Origin: an uncultured Cryomorphaceae bacterium
GTDB lineage: Bacteria > Bacteroidota > Bacteroidia > Flavobacteriales > Schleiferiaceae
Direction of reading: 5' to 3'
Assembly (NCBI GenBank): GCA_964416385.1
Contig: CAYQDW010000005.1
Coordinates: 6,544-70,543, forward strand
Length of the DNA stretch: 64,000 bases
Shown here: positions 56,618 through 64,000 of the stretch, piece after piece
Layout of the letters: each line of letters opens with the position of its first letter
Numbering within the stretch: position 1 is the stretch's first letter
The notes under the pieces: model-generated
Seen by the model: only the letters and a program-made list of their open reading frames with translations
The model's database searches: none
Told to the model about the DNA's origin: nothing
Position numbers and translations under genes: made by a program

Positions 56618-58000
56618 TTATTTCTTAAGCACATCTGCTTTAAGATTTTGATCCAGCAAATACACCATAGCTGCAAGCGCTGCACTGCCCAGCGCAAGCT
56701 CACGCCTATCTACTGTTTCAAAAACATCTGCTGCGGTGTGGTGATACTTAAAATATTCTTGCGAATTAACCCCCAAACCCAACTGTAACATATCTGGGTA
56801 ATACGTACGTAATGGGCCAATATCTACACCACCGTAACCCTGCTTAAAATCGTACAGTTGGTAACCTTTTTGCAAAGGTTTAGCAAGCTGCTGCACAAAA
56901 TTCACTTGGGCTTCTGATCCGCTAATATCAAACCCCAGAGGCAAAAACCCACCTCTATCACTTTCTATGGCAGCAATATGATTTTCGCCATTTGCAAATG
57001 CATAATCGGCATAGCCCTTACCACCAAAATTGCCATTCTCCTCATTCATAAAGAAAACGCAGCGCAGTGTGTATTGAGGTTGATATCCCAAGGTTTTTAA
57101 GATGCGGAGCGCTTCTAAACTGTGCATTACTCCCGCGCCATCATCATGCGCGCCTTCGCCAACATCCCAACTATCTAAATGGCCACCAAAAGTTATTATA
57201 GCGTTTGCGTTTTTACCAGTTAGCTCGGCCACCACATTATAACTCGTAACAGGTTTAAGCCATTGGCAATTCATATCTAAGCGCAGGTTTACCTTCCCCT
57301 CTTTAAGCCAGCTATTAAGCATTTCACTATCTCGGGTACTTATGGCAGCAGCCGGAATTCTTTCAACCCCATCTTCGTACTGCATGCTACCAGTATGCGG
57401 ATGATCATCAATTTCAGAACCTAATGAGCGAATAATCACGGCAACAGCTCCCTTTTTCGCGGCTTCAGTGGCACCATTCCAGCGTATTGCCCCGCACGCA
57501 CCATAGGCCATAAATGTACTTATGAGCTTTTGATCAAAAGCTTGAGCCAAATAAACCACCTTGCCTTGTACCTGCTCTTTTGTGGCTTTTTGTAAATCTT
57601 CCAATGTTGCAAAGGGTACAATTTCGCCTTCTAACAGGCCATTGGTGCCATCAGAGCCACCCAACGCAAGAATATTCAATTTATACAAGGCCTTACCTTC
57701 ACTCACTATCCAGCCAGATTCTTTAGTGCCACGTTCCCAGTGAGGCACCTGTATCTCTTGCAAAAAAACACGATCAAAGCCATAAGATTCCATCAGCTGT
57801 TTGCTCCACATCACAGCCATTTCAGCTTCTGGCGAACCGCTAAGACGTGCTCCAATGTTTTTACACAGGTATCGTAAATTGTCATAGGCCTCTCCCCGCT
57901 CTAGGGCTTCATCATAAATAGCGCGTATAAAACTTGAATCTTTTTGGGCGTGAATGCAAAATGTTTGCAGTAAAAACAGAAGTGTGATTATTTTCTTCAT
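56618..58000 (-). CDS. M28-family aminopeptidase with PA domain
   Basis: Signal peptide. Zn-ligand contexts GGHLDSWDVGEGAHDDGAGV, NEENG and HHTAAD. Confidence 0.85.
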   Translation of the reverse strand: MKKIITLLFLLQTFCIHAQKDSSFIRAIYDEALERGEAYDNLRYLCKNIGARLSGSPEAEMAVMWSKQLMESYGFDRVFLQEIQVPHWERGTKESGWIVSEGKALYKLNILALGGSDGTNGLLEGEIVPFATLEDLQKATKEQVQGKVVYLAQAFDQKLISTFMAYGACGAIRWNGATEAAKKGAVAVIIRSLGSEIDDHPHTGSMQYEDGVERIPAAAISTRDSEMLNSWLKEGKVNLRLDMNCQWLKPVTSYNVVAELTGKNANAIITFGGHLDSWDVGEGAHDDGAGVMHSLEALRILKTLGYQPQYTLRCVFFMNEENGNFGGKGYADYAFANGENHIAAIESDRGGFLPLGFDISGSEAQVNFVQQLAKPLQKGYQLYDFKQGYGGVDIGPLRTYYPDMLQLGLGVNSQEYFKYHHTAADVFETVDRRELALGSAALAAMVYLLDQNLKADVLKK

Positions 58001-58165
58001 ACTGGATTAAAAAAGAAAACGAAGTAACAGAAGAATTGCGAAAAAGCAGAGGGTATGCGTTAAAAAGAATATTGCTGCAACGTGTGCGCATTCAAAGTAA
58101 TAGTCAGACATAAATCAACAGCAATATTTACAGCATTTTAACACCTAAAACCTCTACATAGCGTT

Positions 58166-58173
58166 TATCTTTG
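58166..58173 (+). promoter_or_regulatory. Candidate -7 promoter box for 58194-59138
   Basis: TATCTTTG matches TAnnTTTG, 21 nt upstream of ATG 58194. Confidence 0.35.
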
Positions 58174-58193
58174 AAAGGTCTTAATACATTGTA

Positions 58194-58697
58194 ATGCATA
58201 TTCCATTTACCAACTTTCCTGATACGGCTCGCGTTTGGATTTACGCAGCAACACGACCACTAACTTTAGAAGAACAAGAATATACCAGCGCCAGCCTCCA
58301 AAATTTTGTGGCGGAATGGCGCGCACACGGCACCAAGTTGAATGCAGATTTTACATTATTGCACAGACGCTTTATTGTTATTGCTGTGGATGAAGACCAG
58401 CAAGATGCCACGGGCTGTAGCATTGATGCCTGTGTGCATGAGGTGCAACATATTGGCAAGGCTCTAGGCATTGATTTTTTTAATCGGATGCAGGTGGTTT
58501 ATCGTGATGAAACCAATAACATGGTTGTGAGCTGCACCATTGCTGAATTAAAGGAGATGATTGCAAATCATGATTTTCCAGACACAACCCCAGTTTACGA
58601 TTGCAGCATTACTTCTTTAGGCCAATTGCGACACGCTTGGGAAAAGCCAGCAAATCAAACGTGGTTGGCCAAATACTTTACACATATAAATGCCTAG
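58194..58697 (+). CDS. Conserved-looking hypothetical protein (GCSID motif)
   Basis: 167 aa and cytoplasmic, with the motif DATGCSIDACVHE. I recall relatives being auto-annotated as ABC transporter ATPase, yet no Walker motifs are present. Function unknown. Confidence 0.5.
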   Translation: MHIPFTNFPDTARVWIYAATRPLTLEEQEYTSASLQNFVAEWRAHGTKLNADFTLLHRRFIVIAVDEDQQDATGCSIDACVHEVQHIGKALGIDFFNRMQVVYRDETNNMVVSCTIAELKEMIANHDFPDTTPVYDCSITSLGQLRHAWEKPANQTWLAKYFTHINA

Positions 58698-58706
58698 CGT
58701 TAGTTT

Positions 58707-59138
58707 ATGAACGACCCTAAATACACCATTCGTGTATATGCCATCATACTAAACGAAGTACAGGAAGTACTGCTTATGAATGAGAGCTACCGCGGCATTT
58801 ACTTTACTAAATTTCCTGGTGGCGGATTAGAATGGGGCGAAGGATTGCGCGATTGTGTGAACCGTGAGTTAGAAGAAGAGCTGGGCCTTACTAACCTTGA
58901 TCTTGACCAATTTTACACCACTGACTTTTTTGTGGAGTCTTACTTTGACACCACAACACAGGTTATTAGTGTTTACTATATCACCGCTAAACCCATTAAC
59001 AAAAACAGCATCACCCTTATGGATCATGACACCCGGCTGATAAGCTGCAAGTGGGTGCCGCTGCAAAAGCTTCGTCCGAGCGATGTTACCTTCCCCATTG
59101 ATAAAAAAGTGGTAGAAATGCTCTTGAGCGCACATTAA
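58707..59138 (+). CDS. NUDIX hydrolase
   Basis: Nudix box GGGLEWGEGLRDCVNRELEEELGL. 143 aa, starting 9 nt after the previous gene. Confidence 0.8.
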   Translation: MNDPKYTIRVYAIILNEVQEVLLMNESYRGIYFTKFPGGGLEWGEGLRDCVNRELEEELGLTNLDLDQFYTTDFFVESYFDTTTQVISVYYITAKPINKNSITLMDHDTRLISCKWVPLQKLRPSDVTFPIDKKVVEMLLSAH

Positions 59139-59161
59139 TAATCTTCTCTTACGCGAAAAAG

Positions 59162-59731
59162 CTACATGCCCAAACGCTTGGTTACCAAACTTTCTATTTG
59201 AGAAAAAACCTGTTTTGGTGGTTTGCTGCGCCATGCCAAATCATCTAATGCCCCGCCCAGCACCAAATACTGGTCAAGCCCATAATTACTCAATTCGTCT
59301 AAAACATGCTTGCGCACGTTTAAAACAGCTATCCAGCCATCACCAATATCATCCATCCATTCTTCATAATAGTCTGTTTCATCTGCATGAAAATTGAGCA
59401 CATTCTCTAAGATGAGGATGAACTTATCTATGCCTTGATCAAGCATGGGATCAATGATATCACGTTTCAAGGTCATAATGTCATTGCCTAATAGATCATT
59501 CCATTCCCCCAAAAATTCAATGATCACAAAACCGCGTTCATAGTCTGCAAAGAGCACTTTTATGAAAAGCGTTTCGCTGCCTATGTTATCCCATTGTGGA
59601 TGTATAACATGGTCATAAATGGTATCTGTAAAATATACCTCGCTGTTTTGATAGCCATAAAAAGGGCTACGCGGATCTTCTGCAGCAATGTATAAATGAC
59701 GCCAATTGTAGTAGGGTTCTAGGGTATGCAT
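59162..59731 (-). CDS. Hypothetical acidic cytoplasmic protein (possible STAS-like core)
   Basis: 189 aa. The central FVIIEFLGEWNDLLGNDIMTLKRDIIDPMLDQGIDKFILILENVLNFHADE has the pattern of anti-sigma-antagonist/STAS domains. Not verified. Confidence 0.45.
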   Translation of the reverse strand: MHTLEPYYNWRHLYIAAEDPRSPFYGYQNSEVYFTDTIYDHVIHPQWDNIGSETLFIKVLFADYERGFVIIEFLGEWNDLLGNDIMTLKRDIIDPMLDQGIDKFILILENVLNFHADETDYYEEWMDDIGDGWIAVLNVRKHVLDELSNYGLDQYLVLGGALDDLAWRSKPPKQVFSQIESLVTKRLGM

Positions 59732-59836
59732 TCGCGCAAGGTATGCAAGCCCCGTTCATCAAGGGCTACATCACAAAAAATTGCTGCACTTTTTTACCCC
59801 AACTATGCATTACCTCAACCACAGGTTTGCTTTGGC

Positions 59837-59844
59837 TACATTTG
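59837..59844 (+). promoter_or_regulatory. Candidate -7 promoter box for the repeat-protein gene
   Basis: TACATTTG matches TAnnTTTG, 81 nt upstream of ATG 59925. Confidence 0.3.
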
Positions 59845-59924
59845 TTGTATCAAGTTAAACTTGCGCAAAGCAATATTTCACCTTTTAGCAAGGCCAGGTA
59901 GACACAACAAAAAGCAACGCACTC

Positions 59925-60401
59925 ATGCAATCAATCTTTAGCTCACTATTCTGTTTCATTTTAACCTTTTCTATGGCAGCACAAATCAGGGTGTACAAAG
60001 GCAACTCCACTTATAGCGGGGATGTTATTTGCACTTTAAAAGATGATTATATCTATCAAAAAACATCTTCATTTAGCAGTGATGTTATTTGTAGTATTAA
60101 AGGCGATCGCGTTTACAAAGAACGGTCTTCTTTTAGTGGAGATGTACTTTACACTGTAAAAGATGGCAAGGTGTATAAGGGCACTTCTATGTTTAGCGGA
60201 GATGTTTTATTTACCATAAAAGATGGTAAAATGTATAAAGGAAGATCTACCTACAGTGGTGATATTATTGCTACTATAAAAGATGGCAAAGTGTATACCG
60301 GCAATTCTAGTTACACTGGCGATCTTGAATTTACCATTGACGGTTATGTAACATTAATAGAATTCATAGCCATTTGGCATGCTGTAAAATATGATTGGTA
60401 A
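59925..60401 (+). CDS. Secreted protein made of six tandem 20-aa repeats
   Basis: Signal peptide (…LTFSMAAQ), then six units matching VYKGxSxxSGDVxxTIKDGK, then a short aromatic C-terminal tail (TLIEFIAIWHAVKYDW). Confidence 0.6.
   Translation: MQSIFSSLFCFILTFSMAAQIRVYKGNSTYSGDVICTLKDDYIYQKTSSFSSDVICSIKGDRVYKERSSFSGDVLYTVKDGKVYKGTSMFSGDVLFTIKDGKMYKGRSTYSGDIIATIKDGKVYTGNSSYTGDLEFTIDGYVTLIEFIAIWHAVKYDW
59991..60350 (+). repeat. Six tandem 60-nt coding repeats
   Basis: Period of 60 nt (20 codons). Units: VYKGNSTYSGDVICTLKDDY / IYQKTSSFSSDVICSIKGDR / VYKERSSFSGDVLYTVKDGK / VYKGTSMFSGDVLFTIKDGK / MYKGRSTYSGDIIATIKDGK / VYTGNSSYTGDLEFTIDGYV. The DNA copies diverge at synonymous sites. Confidence 0.85.
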
Positions 60402-60512
60402 CATTTAATGATGCGCACCAAAAGCAAGCAATAGAACCTTTTATTGCAATGAAATACGCAAACAAAGGTCCTTATTCGGTGTTTTAACAGGCATTAACTT
60501 TATTGTGATCTG

Positions 60513-61424
60513 ATGAATGTATTGGTAACTGGCGCAAGTGGTTTTGTAGGTAAACGGCTGGTACAGCTGTTAAATGAAAAAGGACATACTGTTACGTGCC
60601 TGAGCACGCGTAAAGGCGCTAAAATTGCCGGCGCTAAAACATTTTTCTGGCAACCAAACACCTTCTTCATAGACGCGCAAGCGCTTGATGGTGTTGATGC
60701 CATCATACATTTGGCAGGCGCCACCGTAAGTAAGCGATGGAGCACCATTTACAAACAAGAAATATATGATAGCCGTACGCGTACGGCTGAAACTATTTAT
60801 AAAGCACTAGCGAAGAAAACCAACCACACCGTAAAAAGCTTTATTGCAGCTTCTGCTGTTGGATATTACCCGAGTAACTTAAATAAAACCTATCACGAAG
60901 AAGACAGCCCGGCCAATGATTTTCTAGGGCAGGTTTGTCAACAGTGGGAAATGGCCAGCGATAAGCTGCAAACGCTTGGGTTGCGTGTGGCAAAACTGCG
61001 CATTGGCATAGTACTTGGCCGCGGCAGTGGCGTGCTGCAACAACTGGAGTTACCCACAAAATTTGGTCTTGGCGCACCATTGGGTTCTGGCAAACAGTGG
61101 ATGAGTTGGATTCACATAGACGACCTCTGCCGACTCTTTATTTTCGCGCTTGAAAATGACAATATTTCTGGCGCTATAAATGCCGGAGGGCCCCAGCCCG
61201 TTACCAATAAGGCACTTAGCAAAGCACTCGCCAGCGTAATGCACAGGCCCTTCTTTGCACCAAGCGTGCCAGCTTTTGCCTTAAAATTAGCATTAGGCGA
61301 AATGGCAACCATCGCCCTAATGAGCCAAAAAGTAAGTGACGCTAAAAGCAAAGACCTTGGTTTTAACTACCAGTTTCAAACGATTGAAGACGCTTTAAAC
61401 GATTTGTACAAAACCGCATCTTAG
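60513..61424 (+). CDS. NAD-dependent epimerase-family protein (YfcH/TIGR01777-type, SDR with DUF1731 C-terminus)
   Basis: MNVLVTGASGFVGKRL Rossmann start, IHLAG, and a WMSWIHIDD block typical of the YfcH family. Confidence 0.8.
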   Translation: MNVLVTGASGFVGKRLVQLLNEKGHTVTCLSTRKGAKIAGAKTFFWQPNTFFIDAQALDGVDAIIHLAGATVSKRWSTIYKQEIYDSRTRTAETIYKALAKKTNHTVKSFIAASAVGYYPSNLNKTYHEEDSPANDFLGQVCQQWEMASDKLQTLGLRVAKLRIGIVLGRGSGVLQQLELPTKFGLGAPLGSGKQWMSWIHIDDLCRLFIFALENDNISGAINAGGPQPVTNKALSKALASVMHRPFFAPSVPAFALKLALGEMATIALMSQKVSDAKSKDLGFNYQFQTIEDALNDLYKTAS

Positions 61425-61428
61425 TGGT

Positions 61429-62721
61429 ATGAAAAAATCATTTTCGTTATTCATTTTTACATCGCTCCTAATCTCAGTTACTGCCCAAACGTATTTTCCG
61501 CCTAAATTTGATCCGGCTTGGGATACGCTTAACCCACAAAGCTTGGGGTGGTGCACAGATAAACTGGATACACTAGAAGATTTTCTGCAAACCCATAACA
61601 CAAAAGGCTTCATTATTTTAAAGGATGGTAAAATTGTTTGGGAAAAGTACTTCGGCACTTTTACACAAGATAGCTTATGGTACTGGGCAAGTGCAGGCAA
61701 AAGCTTATTTAGTTTTCTTGCCGGACAAGCGCAGGAACAAGGTTTTTTTATGTTGGATGATACAGTGAGCACGTATCTAGGTGCCGGCTGGACGAGTTGC
61801 ACACTAGCGCAAGAAGAGAAAATTTTGGTACATCACCTGCTGAGCATGACCAGCGGACTAAAAGATGATGTGCCCAACCCCAATTGTTTACAACCCTCTT
61901 GCTTGGTATTTGAGGCAGATGCAGGTACACGCTGGGCCTATCACAATGCGCCTTATACGCTTTCTCATCAAGTATTAGAGTCTGCCACTGGGCAAACCCT
62001 ACAGCAGTTTACCACACAAAATTTATTATTAAAATCTGGCATGTTAGGCGGATGGTTTACTGACACCCAGTCTAATGAAATATTCGCAAGCCGCGTTCGC
62101 GATATGGCTAGGTTCGGCTTGCTAATGCAAAACAATGGTGTTTGGGCGGGCGATACGCTTTTGGCTGATACAGCTTATTTTAATGACATGATTAGCAGTA
62201 GCCAACAAAGCAACAGAAGCTACGGCTATTTGTGGTGGTTAAATGGTAAGCAGAGTTACATGTTACCACAAAGTCAATTGATTTTTCCGAGTTCTCTAAT
62301 TCCCAACGCCCCAACAGATACCTGGTGTGCACTTGGCAAAAACGACCAAAAATTATACGTAAGTCAAAGTAATAGCTTGGTTGTGGTACGGCTGGGAAAA
62401 GATGCCGGCAATGCAGGTCTGGCACCTACGATTTTTGATAATATGCTTTGGGAAGAACTAAATAAGGTTTTCTGTACCAATGTTGGTTTTTCAAATCTTA
62501 AGGTTGAAACCGATCCGCTTATTTCAACTGCATTGGGTACCATTACAGTAAAAACCCCGCTAGGCAGCATTGTTGCGCTCTATACTTTACATGGACAAAA
62601 AGTGTACGCTACGCAGCAATATGAAACAGAAACAGTACTAACCGTTAAGCCAGGTGTGTATGTTTTGATTGCCGAGGCGAAAGGAAAAGCCCCCTATCGT
62701 ACCAAAGTGATTGTACCGTAA
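61429..62721 (+). CDS. Beta-lactamase-fold serine hydrolase with T9SS C-terminal sorting domain
   Basis: Signal peptide. SxxK nucleophile motif (ASAGKS) and a YHN motif. The last ~70 aa (…TITVKTPLGSIVALYTLHGQKV…GVYVLIAEAKGKAPYRTKVIVP) look like a T9SS CTD. Confidence 0.75.
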   Translation: MKKSFSLFIFTSLLISVTAQTYFPPKFDPAWDTLNPQSLGWCTDKLDTLEDFLQTHNTKGFIILKDGKIVWEKYFGTFTQDSLWYWASAGKSLFSFLAGQAQEQGFFMLDDTVSTYLGAGWTSCTLAQEEKILVHHLLSMTSGLKDDVPNPNCLQPSCLVFEADAGTRWAYHNAPYTLSHQVLESATGQTLQQFTTQNLLLKSGMLGGWFTDTQSNEIFASRVRDMARFGLLMQNNGVWAGDTLLADTAYFNDMISSSQQSNRSYGYLWWLNGKQSYMLPQSQLIFPSSLIPNAPTDTWCALGKNDQKLYVSQSNSLVVVRLGKDAGNAGLAPTIFDNMLWEELNKVFCTNVGFSNLKVETDPLISTALGTITVKTPLGSIVALYTLHGQKVYATQQYETETVLTVKPGVYVLIAEAKGKAPYRTKVIVP

Positions 62722-62731
62722 AAACAACATG

Positions 62732-63862
62732 CTATTTTGCGTTAACCCACCAAATCTCCTGTGCATAAGAGCTGTTATGCAACCATACCTCCTGCCCTAT
62801 TTTAGGGGCGATAAGCGGTACGTTTAACTCCCGCGCGCGCTTTGTTACGCGTTCAATCGGATCCGTCCATTTATGTAGGGCAAGTGCAAAAGCACCCCAA
62901 TGGATGGGCATCATGCGTCTGGCTTTAACGTCTATTGCGGCTTGCACGGTTTCTTCGGGCATCATGTGGATTTGCGCCCAATTTTCGTTGTACTGACCAC
63001 ATTCTAACATGGCAAAATCAAACGGACCGTATTTCTCGCCAATCTCCTTAAAGTGCGGACCATATCCACCATCACCGCTAAAATAAATGTTGGTAGTGTC
63101 TGCAGATATAATCCAACTCCCCCATAAGGTTGTATTACGATTTGTAAGACCTCGACCTGAGAAATGACGCGCAGGTGCAAAGGCAATTTGTAGATTCTCC
63201 ATTTGGGTTTCTTCCCACCATGCCATTTCATGAATCTGGGCATCAGCCACACCCCAAGCTCTAAAATGCGCCCCAACGCCTAAGGGCACATAAAATGCAC
63301 TGGTCTTGGTTTTTAATTGTTGAATAGATTCATAATCTAAGTGGTCATAATGGTCATGTGAAATGAGTATCGCATCAATTTTTGGTATTTGGGCAATCTC
63401 AATGGGCAATTCTTTAGCAAATCGCTTGCCGCCTAACGTGGGGTGTGGCGCTGGTACCGAAGTAAGCATGGGGTCTAGCAGTAGTGTTTTACCACCCATC
63501 TGCACTAAAAAAGCTGAATGCCCAAACCATATAACGCGGGGATGATTTTTATTTTCTACAACATCAATGCTATCTACCTTTTCCACCGGCAGGTTAAAAT
63601 CTGGACGCGCATTTGGTACCCCCTTTATAAATTTCCACAACACATTTAGCCCTTTGCTGCCGCTCATATCCATCGTGGTTTCAATGAGATTATGAAAAAT
63701 ACCATCCTTGTAATGTGCCCGCTTAGCATATTCTAGCTTTTGTTGCGGTGTGGCCGTGCCGCCAAATTGTGGACTGAAGGTTACGAAGAGAAAAGTAGCC
63801 CCAGCGCTAAAAAGAATAAAGAGCACAAAAACCATAGCCATGCGAATAAGTATTTTTTTCAT
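62732..63862 (-). CDS. MBL-fold metallo-hydrolase (NAPE-PLD-like)
   Basis: N-terminal TM anchor. The metal motif ILISHDHYDHLD and later His/Asp ligands are typical of the metallo-beta-lactamase fold. Confidence 0.8.
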   Translation of the reverse strand: MKKILIRMAMVFVLFILFSAGATFLFVTFSPQFGGTATPQQKLEYAKRAHYKDGIFHNLIETTMDMSGSKGLNVLWKFIKGVPNARPDFNLPVEKVDSIDVVENKNHPRVIWFGHSAFLVQMGGKTLLLDPMLTSVPAPHPTLGGKRFAKELPIEIAQIPKIDAILISHDHYDHLDYESIQQLKTKTSAFYVPLGVGAHFRAWGVADAQIHEMAWWEETQMENLQIAFAPARHFSGRGLTNRNTTLWGSWIISADTTNIYFSGDGGYGPHFKEIGEKYGPFDFAMLECGQYNENWAQIHMMPEETVQAAIDVKARRMMPIHWGAFALALHKWTDPIERVTKRARELNVPLIAPKIGQEVWLHNSSYAQEIWWVNAK

Positions 63863-63886
63863 GTATTAAAGTACTTTTAGAGTAGC

Positions 63887-64000
63887 TCAATCTGCTTCCG
63901 CCAAAATCAAAATGTCTCTTGGGCGTATTACCGAAGCGTTATATCCACGTTTGGTAATATTGATCATAGCTAAGCCAAGCTGCGTGGTATTAACAACAGC
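63887..64000 (-). CDS. Possible 3' end of a CDS continuing beyond the right edge
   Basis: The minus-strand frame is open from the edge to TGA at 63889-63887 (...AVVNTTQLGLAMINITKRGYNASVIRPRDILILAEAD*). A plus-strand ATG at 63911 is also open to the edge, so the call is uncertain. Confidence 0.25.
   Translation of the reverse strand, partial: AVVNTTQLGLAMINITKRGYNASVIRPRDILILAEAD

Noticed and set aside
58869-59234. 121-aa minus-strand ORF overlapping the NUDIX gene and the 3' end of the 189-aa gene
   Set aside because: It conflicts with a CDS that has a clear Nudix box, and it has no motif of its own.
59991-60350. Six tandem 60-nt repeats considered as a possible CRISPR or satellite array
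   Set aside because: The units are contiguous with no spacers, keep one open reading frame with a signal peptide upstream, and diverge mainly at synonymous sites. They are coding repeats, not CRISPR.
61395-61802. 135-aa minus-strand ORF spanning the yfcH-like/hydrolase junction
   Set aside because: It overlaps two well-supported plus-strand genes and has a Cys/Ser/Lys-rich, implausible composition.
1-64000. Scan for mobile elements, prophage, defence islands, tRNA/rRNA and CRISPR
   Set aside because: No ORF shows transposase, integrase, recombinase, capsid, terminase, restriction-modification, Cas or toxin-antitoxin pair motifs that I can recognise. No intergenic region has tRNA-like cloverleaf features or long inverted repeats. 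This is absence by eye only; tRNAscan, Rfam and defence-finder runs would be decisive.

Overview
Chromosomal, mostly housekeeping window from a member of the Bacteroidota, probably Flavobacteriia-like. The assignment rests on T9SS C-terminal sorting domains, an S46 dipeptidyl-peptidase, recurrent TAnnTTTG-type -7 promoter boxes, and sequence that looks moderately AT-rich by eye (not computed). About 58 densely packed CDS, including dnaA, guaA, gcvT, lpdA, ilvE, gap, dps/oxyR, an alpha-2-macroglobulin/pbpC pair and lptD-like/amidase/mlaD envelope genes. I found no rRNA, tRNA, CRISPR array, transposase, integrase or phage gene. The parts that look non-routine are listed here. (1) A ~4.8 kb block (50133-54910) is wedged between the two subunits of a membrane Fe-S/CCG oxidoreductase; it carries an 843-aa phosphodiesterase-TPR-sulfotransferase fusion with an ATGA-coupled, untracked 48-codon ORF. 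(2) A secreted protein is built from six 20-aa tandem repeats (59925-60401). (3) A tightly coupled operon encodes two paralogous lipoproteins plus a di-haem peroxidase and resembles MbnP/MbnH (11597-14151). (4) An OmpA/DinB-like/membrane-patatin operon is joined by two ATGA overlaps. (5) The thioester alpha-2-macroglobulin contains an extreme Tyr/Asp-rich insert. All functional calls come from motif recognition by eye and from remembered family features. No database search was run, so family names are hypotheses to confirm with HMM/BLAST.
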